Notes under the pieces: generated by a model
What the model was told of the DNA's origin: nothing
The model's input: only the letters and a program-made list of their open reading frames with translations
Databases searched by the model: none
DNA from: Octopus vulgaris
Taxonomy: Eukaryota
Direction: 5' to 3'
DNA: 64,000 bases
Assembly (NCBI GenBank): GCA_951406725.2
Contig: OX597830.1
Location: forward strand, 75,702,001-75,766,000
Shown: positions 17,129 through 30,507 of the stretch, in pieces
Layout: every line of letters starts with the position of its first letter
Numbering within the stretch: position 1 is the stretch's first letter
Made by a program: the position numbers and the translations under genes

Positions 17129-17791
17129 GCCAAATTATTACAGTCAGTCAACAGAAACTTATAAAATGAAAGTTTGTCTATAGATATGTGAGATGGTTAC
17201 AGCATCTATTTGCGCCTTTTCTCCAGTTTAAATTACACACTGCTAATATATATTTTATATTATCTTATAACTGTTACATTTAAGAAACTTTTACATTTTA
17301 TTTTACCTTATCTAAACGAAAAAATATTTATCTAGAAATATTAATGGAATTTTATCAAAATTTCATTCCCCTATTCGTCATTTGCAATGAGTGGAGGCCC
17401 AGAAACTCATAGCGATTTTGTGCCACCCTTCTGGCCAATTGCGGCTACATATAAACATCACAACTAGAAATATGTGTTCAACGTCCGGCATGACAATTCT
17501 GCTGACCAAAATATAAACAAATGTGCAGTTGACGTAGAAGAAATTAAGCTGAGATGCGGTAAACCTATAACGTAGTTAATTTATGATAAGTTTATGGTTT
17601 CATAATTTATTCTTACATATGTTATGTTAATGAAGTTACATGCACTGAATCACACATTTTCCACAGTAACATCACTTCGAAATATATTTCAATAACTGTA
17701 TGAGAAAACATACATTTGTTTTTTTCCAAATAAGGGTTCGTTTTATGAGTGTACATCTTATTAGAAAATAATGCGTGTATGTATAAACATA

Positions 17792-18186
17792 TCTCTATAT
17801 ATATAAAGCTGAAGTTGTCTGTGTATGGTAGGTTTGGTAGCCTTCAACTAACACTATCTCCTCCGAGACCCTGCGGTGCAAGTTGACCAAAATTGAGAGT
17901 ATGATAGAAGAAGGCTTTCTTTTCCTTCCGTAGAAGAAAATATTCAAATCGGACTATGTTAACGCCAAAAATTATTTATATCAAAAAGGTGCTTTTTTTC
18001 TATGAAAATCTCTATTTTTTACGAATTTTTGACTGCTGCGTCGCTAATGTTTTTGGTGTATTTCAAACAGAAAAATGTTCACTTAAAGAGAATAACAAGC
18101 TACATAATGCAAAATTTTTACTTTTCAAAAATTCCAATTCTAAAGAGGTCAGAAACAAACCCTAGCAACGCCGGGCGATACAGCTA

Positions 18187-18187
<1 letters not shown>
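17792..18187 (+). mobile_element. Non-autonomous Helitron
   Basis: Starts A|TCtctatatatataaag, ends with imperfect hairpin ccctagcaacgccggg then CTAG|T; inserted between A and T with no TSD. Confidence 0.8.
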
Positions 18188-18244
<57 letters not shown>

Positions 18245-18256
<12 letters not shown>

Positions 18257-18646
18257 AAAAACAAGTCAAAATAGAAAATGCTAAAATGATTTTATAAAGA
18301 ACATTTCAGTACCGGTTTCGGTCATTTTGAGACCTTTTCAACTGTAACGATTAAATAATTAAATTTAGAAAAATTAAAAGAAAAGTTTTTTTAAAGGAAT
18401 ATTTGTATAGTGTTCAAATATAAGTGGCATTCTGCCTTTCTCTGTCTCCCTTGTTTGCACTTGTGTGTTCGAGGCCGTTGTCACAACGGCCTCGAACACA
18501 CAGTCTAAAATCGTTACAGTTGTAAAGGTCTCAAAATGACCGAAACCGGTACTGAAATGTTCTTTATAAATTTATTTTAGCATTTTCTATTTTGACTTGT
18601 TTTTTCATATATATCAACTCGTGTGTTCCTTTTCACCCTTATACAT

Positions 18647-18724
<78 letters not shown>

Positions 18725-19115
18725 AAAAACAAGTCAAAATAGAAAATGCTAAAATGATTTTATAAAGAACATTTCAGTACCGGTTTCGGTCATTTTGAGA
18801 CCTTTTCAACTGTAACGATTAAATAATTAAATTTAGAAAAATTAAAAGAAAAGTTTTTTTTAAAGGAATATTTGTATAGTGTTCAAATATAAGTGGCATT
18901 CTGCCTTTCTCTGTCTCCTTGTTTGCACTTGTGTGTTCGAGGCCGTTGTCACAACGGCCTCGAACACACAAGTGCAAAATCGTTACAGTTGTAAAGGTCT
19001 CAAAATGACCGAAACCGGTACTGAAATGTTCTTTATAAATTTATTTTAGCATTTTCTATTTTGACTTGTTTTTTCATATATATCAACTCGTGTGTTCCTT
19101 TTCACCCTTATACAT

Positions 19116-19130
<15 letters not shown>
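18245..19130. mobile_element. Tandem dimer of a ~415-bp fold-back element carrying hammerhead-like motifs (probably Penelope-derived)
   Basis: Two almost identical units (offset 468-469 bp) separated by (TA)n; each has ~96-bp inverted arms (18257-18352/18509-18604; 18725-18820/18978-19073) and an inner palindrome. Confidence 0.85.
18307..18344 (-). ncRNA. Minimal type I hammerhead ribozyme motif, U3-A8 core variant (identical copy at 18775-18812)
   Basis: Minus strand: cag TTGAAAA ggtc-tcaaaat-gacc GAA A-CCGG-T A ctg. Confidence 0.65.
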
Positions 19131-19187
<57 letters not shown>

Positions 19188-19787
19188 GTTATAGAGAACA
19201 AAAGACAAAAAACAGGTGTGGGAACAACAAGTAGGTGTATTTGTTTGAGGCTCGGGAATAATAGGGAAATTTTTGATGTTTCCAGCCAATGAAGAACGAA
19301 TGCAAACGGAGAGATTAAAAATATTCAGGGATGAAAGACTAAACATGATGAAAATATATATAACGTACATAATGTTTGTATTATTAAACGCTTCTAAATG
19401 ACTGCATTTAAATACGTATTGTCTTGAAAAATACAACATAACTCAAAGCTAGGCGGAACAAAATTGACCAGTTTCTTGCTATTCATGGATGTCGTGTACT
19501 TGCACTACTTTCGAAACGAATACGAAATAGACAGCTAGAAATACATATATAAATTTTATATATACGTAAGGCGATAATTCGAACAATTTCGCCTACTTTG
19601 AATTATGGTGTGTGTCTTTTATTTTTTAACATTATATGTGCTTAAAGAGACATCCTTTAGACAAAATACCTAGACAATATAATATGTGATATTGTTAATA
19701 TTATTGAGCCATTGTTACCACAAACTTTTAATAACTTTGTTCTGCGTGCATGGTACTGGTGCACACATAATATATATACATAGCCAA

Positions 19788-19849
<62 letters not shown>

Positions 19850-20021
19850 GATGTATATAAACAGAGTTTGTCTTTTTTAGAAGCGTTGAGATGTATTGAA
19901 GTATACAGATATGGAAATATTTTTACTCTCAAGGCATATTATTATTATTATGCGTTTGAGAGTAAAATATTTCAATATTTGTATATATACATGTGTGTTT
20001 GTGTGTGTGTGTGTGTGTGTG

Positions 20022-20239
20022 TACAAGCGGTGCCGGAAAGTTCCTCTCATTAAAGTTATCCCGAAAGGCCTGGCTGTAGGCACGATCTTCGATGTCTTTT
20101 ACAGAGATTAGAAAAACTGAAGAGTCGTTGCACTAAGTGTGTAAACCTAAGAGGGGAATATGTTGAATGAAACCATATTTTGTTGGTTCTTCTGTATTTT
20201 TTTTTACCCACAGCCAAGAACTTTTCAATACCACTCGTA
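20022..20239 (+). mobile_element. Internally deleted mariner (MITE-like)
   Basis: TA-flanked imperfect TIRs (tacaagcggtgccggaaagttc / aacttttcaataccactcgta); retains transposase C-terminus LEKLKSRCTKCVNLRGEYVE*. Confidence 0.85.
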
Positions 20240-20645
20240 TGTATATGCATACACACATACATGCATACATACATACATACATTCATATATATGTGTGTGT
20301 GTATATATATATGTATGTATATATATATATATACATATTTATAAATATATATTTATATATATTCATATATTGTATATGCGTGTATATATATATATACATA
20401 CATACATATGTAAATATTTATATATATACATATATATATAGTTATATGTACGTATATATATATGTGTATATACGTATATATATATATACATATATACATA
20501 CGTATATATATACCTATATATATATACACACGCATAAATATATTTGTATTCGTATCTGTGTGTCCTATTAAAATTTTTTTTATATTTGAACGTATCAAAA
20601 AATTACTAATTGTACGTACATATTTGTGTAAGAATAGTGTGTATA

Positions 20646-20678
<33 letters not shown>

Positions 20679-20799
20679 GTGTGTGTATGTGTGTGTATAT
20701 GTATGTATGTATTATGCATGTATGTATGTTTGTATGTATGACTAATAGAGCAGACGGCATATAGAAGTCAAGAATCTCTATTGATCACTACTGGTTTAG

Positions 20800-21950
20800 T
20801 TTTATCCGTCGGTATAGTCGTGTCTCCTCAGGGGATTTTAATCTGGCTGGTATATTTATAGTAGTTATATAGTCATAAATGCGGACATAAATAATAAAAT
20901 ACTAGAAGTGTACTTGTTGAATGGCTAATGGAACAGCCGACTGTGCATAGAAAGCCCCAATGCCAGTGTTAGGTTCACCAGTGTAGATAGGTGTAAGTTT
21001 TTTACATTTTCATCTCACGGTGAACGATACATTTTGAGACACCCAAATTGGTATTTCTCTCACTTTAAACAGTATACAAGAGCGAAGGTGTATCGAAGTA
21101 ATGTTGGTATCTAGTGTGACATTGTGTTTTTAAGAATGGTATGATTGCAGTTATTGATCCATACATTTAGGTAAAGTGTGGTTATCAATTTAGCCAAATG
21201 TGTTGTGCGAAAGTGCATTTTGTAGCACGCAAGCATTTTGATAACCTTGCAGAAATCCTATTAATGAGCTTTTCATTGATTCATAAAATGGACAGCGAAC
21301 CCTCAGAGTACAGTCTGCATCTCCATGAAGGACATTGTACGGTTGTGCATAACTTATTGTGGACCAACTGAAATCATATTTAATTTATGTTACACAAAAT
21401 CAGCCAAATATATCGAGTGCCTCTTGTTAATTTTATTGAACCACAGTGTTTTCATATCTCTCCTTGAACGAATCCGCGGTTGCATCAATATAAATGTAGG
21501 GTCATCCCCTTGTGTGTACGGTGTACTTATATAAAACATTGGTACTCATACAGATGTTCATCAATGGGCATTTTTTCTCTGCATAGGATTTAGTTGCATT
21601 TCTGGCTCTGTTGATATGATCTTCCGACACCGTTACCGTGTTGTCACTATCTCTATTTTTGTTATCATCCAGATGTGGACCCTGCTTGTGCTTTTCATTC
21701 TGGTTAGAACTGCTTTTCTTGACCTTTTACTGTCTATATTTGCCATCGTTTCCTGTTCTTCGGGCGGGACGTAGCTACTTCGTCATAGGCTTGGGGCCCT
21801 GTCGGTGAGTTATTCAACGAGTGGTTCATTTTTCTGCTATTAAAGAGGGTTGTATGTTGTTCTAAGTTAGTGGAGTTTATCTATGACACCTCCAAAATGT
21901 GTCTTTTAAAGATAATATCATACTTACTTGATAATCTTGAAACCTCCTCT
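20800..21950 (-). mobile_element. Penelope-like element remnant with GIY-YIG endonuclease relic
   Basis: Minus strand ~21600-21300 reads EKKCPLMNICMSTNVLYKYTVHTRG*PYIYIDATADSFKERY..FNKINKRHSIYLA..YDFSWSTISYAQPY, matching the PLE CPLxGxC..VVY..YIG..FKxRY pattern; a decayed HHR core CTGAGGA lies downstream at ~20825-20831; outer limits approximate. Confidence 0.75.
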
Positions 21951-22176
21951 GGAGTAACATCAACACGGATACATAAACCTAAAACAGTTGTTTAGTATCC
22001 CACTCGCGAGGGAGCGAAGCTAGAAGAGTCGAAACAATTGAAGTCATCCATAAAGATTCTCGTACCTTCCAATTTCCATTCTTTCATTTATCAAATACCC
22101 AACAAACACCAAGCCAATTAATGTGCTTGACTGGCAAGTTACCAAGTGCATACCATATTGTTTTTAACTGTACACA

Positions 22177-22298
<122 letters not shown>

Positions 22299-22364
22299 AT
22301 ATATTTATATATACGTATGTATGCCCATGTGTATGAATATGTATCTATCTTCCTCTATAGCTCA

Positions 22365-22550
22365 AATTTATAGAAAAACAAAAGAAGCCAGATGTAGGGA
22401 CAACAAACAAGTGTATTAGTTTGACGCTCGGGAACATGGAAAAGTCTTTTACGTTTCGAGCCTACGCTCTTCGACAGAAAAGAACAAGAGGAAATAAATA
22501 GAGAAGGAAAAGAAAAAGTGCAGGGTTCAGCGATCCAACATGACGAATCT
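22365..22550 (-). mobile_element. Short repeat with hammerhead-like motif (A6U core); related to 19183-19290 and 54391-54677
   Basis: Minus strand 22483-22445: tctttt CTGTCGAA gagc-gtag-gctc GAA ACGT A aaaga; flanking gtgtattagtttgacgctcgggaa resembles the other two loci. Confidence 0.65.
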
Positions 22551-22909
22551 ATCACTAAATATTGGAATAGTAGAAGGAGTGGGAAGAAAACAAGGCGGAT
22601 TTTACCAGTAATAAATTACCAGATAATTACTATATGAATACTCTAATCTGGGGTATACTCAACCACATGCACACTAATTTAATGAGCTCGAATTTCATTC
22701 AGCTTGTTGAATAACTATACATACATCACAAGAATCGACGAAGATCCATTAGTATGGGCATATACGTATACGCATTTGTATGTGTGTGATCATGTGTATG
22801 TGCGTGTCAGAGTGTGTGTATATAGGTATATATGCATTTTGGCATCCAAGCAGATCTCCATGCATATGCATATATATATGTCTATATGTAATCCTCTACT
22901 CACTTTCCC

Positions 22910-22948
<39 letters not shown>

Positions 22949-23859
22949 TTTAATCTCTTTACGTGTGTATGTGTGTGTGTGTCTATGTCAGCACGTGCGT
23001 GTGTGTGTGATTTAGTGAGTCACGACTAAAGTGTGTATCAGATTGTGACTGAGGTGTGCATGTATGTTTGTGTAAGAATATGCGTGTATCAATATGCTTG
23101 CTCGTGTGTGTATGTGTGTGTGTGACTCTGTGCGTGTGTGCATGTGTGCGTGTGTGAGACTCTCTCTGTGTGCGTGTGTGTGTTACTAAAGGAATATTCT
23201 GATTCGCTGGTTCGTATTTTATTTCTTTTTATTAATATTTCAAATTATTTTTTTTACATTTTCTTCCTTTTAAATAATATTCAATAAATTTCTAAAAGGA
23301 GAAAAACAATAAAAAAAAGAAACAATGCGAAAAACATAAGAAAAACAACATCAATAAACCAGTCTATAGCAACAATACAGTTTTGTTATATACCCCCGCC
23401 ATCCTTACAATCCCCCAGTCTTCTCTTGCCTTTGTTCCTCTCTTTATCTCCCTCTCTCTCTCCCTCTCTTTCTTGATAGATATACATACACGCGCACGCA
23501 CAAATAGAAACGCACAAACACACACACAAACCATCATATACATACTTCTATATAAAAACAACTACAATATATATTTATATATGTACATAAACATATATAT
23601 TTATATATATATATATACATGTACACACACACACCCATGTATGTATGCATGAATGTACATATATATATGTATATATGTATATATATATGTATTTATATAT
23701 ATATATATATATATGTGTGTGTGCATATATACATATACATATATATATATTTATAGATATGAATTTATATAATGTATATAAGAATCTGAGTATGTGTATA
23801 TTATATATATATATATATATATACATACGCGTGTGTATATGCATATATATGGATATATG

Positions 23860-23901
<42 letters not shown>

Positions 23902-24324
23902 AACATATACACACACACATACATACGCATACACACACACATGCACGTACACACACACACACACACATTTTCTTTCTCACTGTTATTTATCTCGGCCAGA
24001 AACACTACACACTTCTATTTTATTTACCGTCATATTTTTGTTTATACTTGGTTTTTATTTTCTTTTTTTGTTACATACTTTTTGAATCATTTTTGCCTTT
24101 TCCTTTTTATATTTTTTATTAGCTATTTCATTATTTTTCAGCACTTTTGCACACCGTTCCGTTCTATTTTAGTTAGATAACATTCAATCCGCGCGTTTTC
24201 ACTGTTTATCTCCGATATAGAGTATATATTATTGTATTCATTACGGCGTTCATTTAATCGACTTTCATGTTGTCTACGCCTGAGCGTATGTCACTGTATC
24301 TAAATCACTTTTAACTGCATTCTC

Positions 24325-24368
<44 letters not shown>

Positions 24369-24491
24369 ACGCGCCTGCATATGTTTGCGTGTGCTTGCGT
24401 GTGTGTGTGTGTGTGTGTGCATATGTTAGTGAGTGTATGTAGCCAAGCAGTTAACTAGGAAGTTAGATAGGTAAGTAGGTAGGTAGGCAGG

Positions 24492-24532
<41 letters not shown>

Positions 24533-24566
24533 GCATCTTTTGTATGTAAGCATGAGGGTATATAAC

Positions 24567-24606
<40 letters not shown>

Positions 24607-26137
24607 TAAACATACACATGTTTATACATATATATATATTACGTATAAAATATACATATACTACTACATGCGTTTGTTTATGCCTGTATATATACATACA
24701 TACATATATAAATATATGTATATATATAAACATAGATATATGTGTGCGTGTGCCTCTGTGTGTGTGTATATATATATATATGCTTATGCATATCAACATT
24801 CCTACGCATTTAGCGCGTATATTTATACGCATGAGAGTATGTATATGTATGCATATACATATATGTATGTATGTATGTATGTATCTATGTATTGCCGCTT
24901 GAAGCTCGTGCGGGCAAAACACATACACATATACATTCCTATGTATAAATCCTCATTATATACATATATACATATATGTATGCGTACGTGTGCATGTGTT
25001 TGTGTGTGTAGATGTATATGTGAATATGTGTGTATGTATACTTGTATGTATTTATTATATATATATATATATATACTATACTATACTTAATTATTTATAG
25101 AACTTTCTCAGAACTTCGAAAAGACGTATTAAGATGTTGCTTGTGAGGTTCTTGTCTCTATACTTACTACATACATTGTTCTGATGCAGTTTAAGTTTTC
25201 TAATCTAATATATTTTCCAACAGATCCATCCAGAAGTATTCTGGCTCTAACGTAGATTTACTGATGAAGCAAAGAGGTGGAAGCATATACTCTCTTACTA
25301 AAGTTGCCAAAATGAGCCTAAGTATAAAATTCCCCTACAAATAGAAACAAAATTTGACTCAATGTACGGTTTAAAGATCATGAAAAATCGAAGTATATCG
25401 TTGAACCTACTAGTCAGAATGTAATTTTAGTTTATTCACGTCCCACTCAGATGAGTCTTAAAGCAAATTACATGTGGCATGTACATCACCTTCAAAGTAA
25501 GCTGTACACAACATATTTACGCTTTCAGAAGTAGAAGGTCAACTTAACTTGGCCTGAATATGTCGGTAAACGGAGGGAGAGAGGAAGTGATATTTCTGTA
25601 AACTACACCACTGATGTCCGCGATTTAGTATATGCGGAAAAAAATATTTTAGCTTACAAGCAAAATCATTATGTAATATTCAGCAAAAGACCCGAAATTA
25701 CTGTCATTTGTAGGCATTGGGATGAATATTTATTAATCCATGAATTACCTTTTAATGTTATACTACTTACATCACAGGGAAATGTTAACAAGCTGTAGGC
25801 AATTAAATGCTATGCAAATTTATGACTCTTCTAGAAAACACATCACTCTTTTTTGCTTACACACACAACGAAAAGAATACTGGTCTATACTTCTGCATCC
25901 ACCGACAGTGCAACTGGAATGTATCGTCTGCCTAAAGCTAACATTGACAAACTGAGATTGCGGCTTGTTTTAGTTTGCCCAATTTTGAGCCAAGTTTATG
26001 TGACCATGATAGTTTTCAATGAATGCTATCACAAAAATTAGATATTTTGGGTAGGGAAGAAATGAAACATCAGTTTCTATGATGCTGTCATTTGTACAAG
26101 CAAAAAACAATAAACAAATGTACATAGAACATCCATT

Positions 26138-26184
<47 letters not shown>

Positions 26185-26187
<3 letters not shown>

Positions 26188-26237
26188 CTTCCTGAAGATT
26201 TCTCTTGAATGAAACAGTTCTAGTCCTGTAGAAGCTC
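26185..26237 (+). ncRNA. Type I hammerhead ribozyme
   Basis: gagcttc CTGAAGA t-ttc-tctt-gaa-t GAA A-cag-ttctagtc-ctg-T A gaagctc: perfect 7-bp helix I, canonical core, GUA cleavage triplet. Confidence 0.85.
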
Positions 26238-26319
26238 CTTCTATATAATAAATTAATTTTACTCTGCTATGTATTGAGTACCTTATTTACTTTGGTTAAC
26301 CCCGAATCAACCCGGGACC

Positions 26320-26362
<43 letters not shown>

Positions 26363-26364
<2 letters not shown>

Positions 26365-26600
26365 CTTTTTCTTTTACTTGTCACTTGACTGCGGCCACGT
26401 TGCAGCACCGCCTTTTTAGTCGAGCAAATCGACACCAGGACTTGTTAGTCTAGTATTCTATCGGTCTCTTCAAGCCGAACCGCTAAGTTACGGGGACGTA
26501 AACACACCAACATCGGTTGTCAAGCGATATTGGAGACACAAGCACAGACACAAACATATACACACACATACATATATATATATAAATATATATATATATG
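26363..26600 (-). mobile_element. 3' half of SINE family B
   Basis: ttgactgcggccacgttgcagcaccgcctttttagtcgagcaaatcgac...gccgaaccgctaagttacggggacgtaaacacacc. Confidence 0.88.
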
Positions 26601-26718
26601 TACAAGTATGCATTCATAGATGTGTGTGCGTGTGTGTGTCAGCGAAAGAAAGTACCATTCAATACAGTTGTTTGGATTACATGCCTTTAACAAACGCATA
26701 CGGATACCTTCACTCACA

Positions 26719-26769
<51 letters not shown>

Positions 26770-27143
26770 TAGGTAATAGATCCTGGATGAACCAACTGCC
26801 TGACATGAAATGCATACGAGGGCAGCGGAATCAAACTCCCTTATACACCAAATGGGCCAACAGCTGGGACAAAAGCACATACATAACTAGTAATGTGAAA
26901 TGCCCCAAACGCAGGAAATCCGAAAGACCACAGTAGTGCTACAGCATGACAGCGTCAGCATAGCTGAAATGAGTAAAATAATAAAGAATATATATATATG
27001 TAGTTAGATATGAATTTTACATACATATATACATACATATTTATATATATATGCGTGTGTGTTTGTTTGCGGTTGTAGGTGTGAGTGTGTGTGTGCGTGA
27101 GCGCGCATATATGTATATACATACAGCCAAATAGATATATATA

Positions 27144-27684
27144 CAGGGTGCAACGGCGAAATTGTCACCGTTTTATAATTCGAATTTCGCGCATGCGAAT
27201 TTTCTGTTTTTGATTTTGTCGAGTAATAATAGGGTTAATTGTGCACTGCGTGTGAGAAATCAGCTCTGTGACGCAATTTACACTGCCAGAAATCTGGAAA
27301 CGAAATGCTGTACTGCCTGTTATTCGAGCCGGAATTTACTCTTTTGTATTTCAGGCTATTGAAGGCGGTGAACTGGCAGACCCATTAACACGTGTGAAAT
27401 GCTTAGCGGTATTTCGCCTGTCTTTACGTTCTGAGTTCAAATTCCGCCGCGGTCGATTTTTACCTTTTATCCTGTCGGGGTCGATAAATTAAATACCAGT
27501 TGCGTATTTGGGTGGATCTGATCGACTGCCCCCTCCCTCAAAGTTTCGGTCTTGGTTCCTTAAGTAGAAAAGAGTATTTCAGGCCATTTTTACGTAATTT
27601 TGGTAAATATATCTGTTAAAATGATGTGTCAGTGTTATTTTTATTTTTGCGTATTTTAGACAACAGTTTATTCACCGCACCCTG
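27144..27684. mobile_element. Tc1/mariner-type MITE interrupted by a SINE
   Basis: TA|cagggtgc ... gcaccctg|TA termini with further imperfect TIR match. Confidence 0.78.
27361..27573 (+). mobile_element. SINE family A nested in the MITE
   Basis: Family A consensus; TSD gtatttcaggc(t/c)att at 27346-27360 and 27574-27588. Confidence 0.9.
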
Positions 27685-28439
27685 TATACATGCATGCATA
27701 CATACATACATACATACATACATACATACATACATACATACATACATACATACATACATTCTTACATACATACATGTGAAGTAAACGTACGTGCGTGTAG
27801 AAAAATAATTCAGCAGAAAACAGGTATGGTAGTCAATGTTTGCAGGACATATACGCCTTTCAGCAGAATGCTGTAATATTTACGTAATATTTAGAGGAAC
27901 AATTTTGTACTTTACCTCATCAGCGTCCTGCCATAAATAGAATAAGGGCTGTAAAAGCTCGAAATATAAATATTTTCTCGTTAAGGTAATTATCAAAAAT
28001 CTCGCAATATAGTAGGGAACACATTTCAAATTAGGGATGTACAAACGATACTATGCGTCTGTTAGATGCTTGTAGGGACAACCAGAGGGAGAAAAAAAAC
28101 GAAAAACGAGATAAAGAAACTGATAAATAAATAAGTTAATATAAAAGAGTTATAACACGAGATTAAGTATTCTCCCCAATCACCTTTTTATCTCAATTTT
28201 TTTTTTATCGTTTTCCCTCTCTTCGTTTGCACCTATTTGTATTGGAGAAAGGCATATCATCATTTGTTCATCCAGGGTATGATGTTCCTGAAATTGCTAT
28301 GTAATTGTTACAGTATTTTGATGAAATGCAGGTATGTCCTATGAAACATTGGATATCATGCGTGTTTTTTTTTTTTAATTATTATTATTTCTGCTTTTTG
28401 GCTCGTATTTCGCTATCGACTTTAGCGGGATTTGATCAG

Positions 28440-28606
28440 TGAACGCAGTATGTAATGCATTTTCACGGGATGACAGTCCGTCGCAGGACAACGTTAAATG
28501 AAGTGATTTTGCTCATGAACATAGAGGTTCACCCGGTTCTGGAATCGAAACCACAATCTTACGATAATGTATCCGATACCCTAACCACTAAGCCACGGCC
28601 CTCCAC
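28440..28606 (-). mobile_element. tRNA-derived SINE, third family (C), diverged
   Basis: Minus strand head gtggagggccgtggcttagtggttagggt...ggtttcgattcc (A and B boxes) then CORE-like tgagcaaaatcacttcattt. Confidence 0.7.
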
Positions 28607-28635
28607 GTACCCATATATACATCTATGGATACATA

Positions 28636-28835
28636 TTCTTTTACTCTTTTACTCTTTTACTTGTTTCAGTCATTTGACTGCGGCCATGCTGGAGCACCGC
28701 CTTTAGTCGAGCAAATCAAACCCGGGACTTATTCTTTGTAAGCCCAGTACTTATTCTATCAGTCTCTTTTGCCGAACCGCTAAGTGACGGGGATGTAAGC
28801 ATACCAGCATCGGTTGTCAAGCAATGCTAGGGGAA

Positions 28836-28867
<32 letters not shown>

Positions 28868-28932
28868 TTTATATATATATATATACACATATACGACAGG
28901 CTTCTTTCAGTTTCCGTCAACCAAATCCACTC
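28636..28932 (-). mobile_element. SINE family B, 5'-truncated
   Basis: (ttttactc)2..ttgtttcagtcatttgactgcggccatgctggagcaccgcc...cttctttcagtttccgtc. Confidence 0.9.
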
Positions 28933-29242
28933 ATATATATATATGTATATCATATATATATATATCATATGTGTGTGTATGTGTACATTTATATATTTAT
29001 CTAAGATCGTGAATTGTGGCAATCGTTAGTGAGCGGATGAATAATCTCCGGGGTTATTTACACGGCACTCTGCGTCCTCACTCCGTTTCCCACAATACCA
29101 ACTTTGACTTTCAGTCTTTTGGCATCGAATTATAAAATACTTTTGAAGTAAATAGGTTGATATAATCGCAACTATATCTCTCCCAAGAACTGAAGTTCTT
29201 TTGTGCATATTAAAAATTACTGATTAATAACTAGCATAATAT

Positions 29243-29451
29243 TAGTTTCGAAGTTTGGCACAGCATTAGTAATTTTGTGGTGTGAGGAGGGGGTAATTCG
29301 ATTACTTTGACCCCATTATACAACTGGTACTTATATTCTCGACCCCGAAATGATGAAAAGCAAAGTAGACTTCGATGAAATTTGAACTCGGAACATAAAG
29401 ACGGATGAAATACCGGTAAGCGTTTTTTTCCGGCGTGCTGACGATACTATC
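29243..29451 (-). mobile_element. Diverged SINE family A
   Basis: aactggtactt..tcgaccccgaaatgatgaaaagcaaagtagacttcg..aaatttgaactc. Confidence 0.82.
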
Positions 29452-29494
29452 AAAATTAGAATTTTATAATTTACAATAGATATTGAGTAATAAT

Positions 29495-29836
29495 CAATTC
29501 TTTTATCATTTACTTGCTTCAGATACTGGACTGTGGCAATGCTGGAGCAGTGCCTTCAACAGATCGACCCTCAGCACTAACCTTTTAATCCCTGCACCTA
29601 TATTGTAGTTATTTTCCCGAACCGCTAATGTAGTGGGACGTAAATGAACCAACACCGTTTGTAAAGCAGTAGGGAAAGGGAGAAATGCATACGAAAACAA
29701 ACACACATACACTTATACGATGGGTTAGCACAACTTCTTTGTACCAAGTTCCCTCACAACAGTTGCTAAAAACGCCAGAGAGCGATACTGAAGCCGAAAC
29801 CACTTCGTTCCAAAGCGAGCTCCTTAACCACACAGC
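29495..29836 (-). mobile_element. Diverged SINE family B
   Basis: gactgtggcaatgctggagcagtgcc..ccgaaccgctaa..ttaaccacacagc. Confidence 0.72.
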
Positions 29837-29942
29837 TTAGAATAGCAATTAATAATTTGTATTATAGCATAACTCTAAGTATGGCTGTGTTATTTATTTA
29901 AGCAATACCATAAAGCTTATAGCCATCTGTGCTTCATAATTA

Positions 29943-30001
<59 letters not shown>

Positions 30002-30381
30002 CAGAGAGAAAGAGAGGGAGACAGAGAGACAGAGAGAGATGATGGGCATGACATAGCGAGTTTTGACCGAGATAGAAACTTTTTCGATGTGCTGTGTTAA
30101 AAAGACATTATATATCAGAGAGAGACAGAGCGCATCAGCCAATAGCGTCTAGCAAGAACGCCACATGCATTTCGGTCTTTGTTTTTTTAACGTTTTCAAT
30201 GACATGCTCGAAGATACAGGTACAGACGAGATTTTTTATAATCACTGAATGAAAGTTTTGAATCAATTGCATTCTGGAAATAATATTTTCATTTCTATTG
30301 TAGCTAACAGATCTACCAAATTTCTGTAATAGTAGTAGTAGTAGTAGTAGCAGTAGTAGTAGTAGTAGTAGTAGTAGTAGC

Positions 30382-30438
<57 letters not shown>

Positions 30439-30439
30439 T

Positions 30440-30473
<34 letters not shown>

Positions 30474-30507
30474 CAGCAGCAGTTGTAGTAAGGTTTCTGC
30501 ACAAAGG

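Noticed and set aside
25261-25300. CTGATGAAG motif
   Set aside because: No downstream GAAA and no helices.
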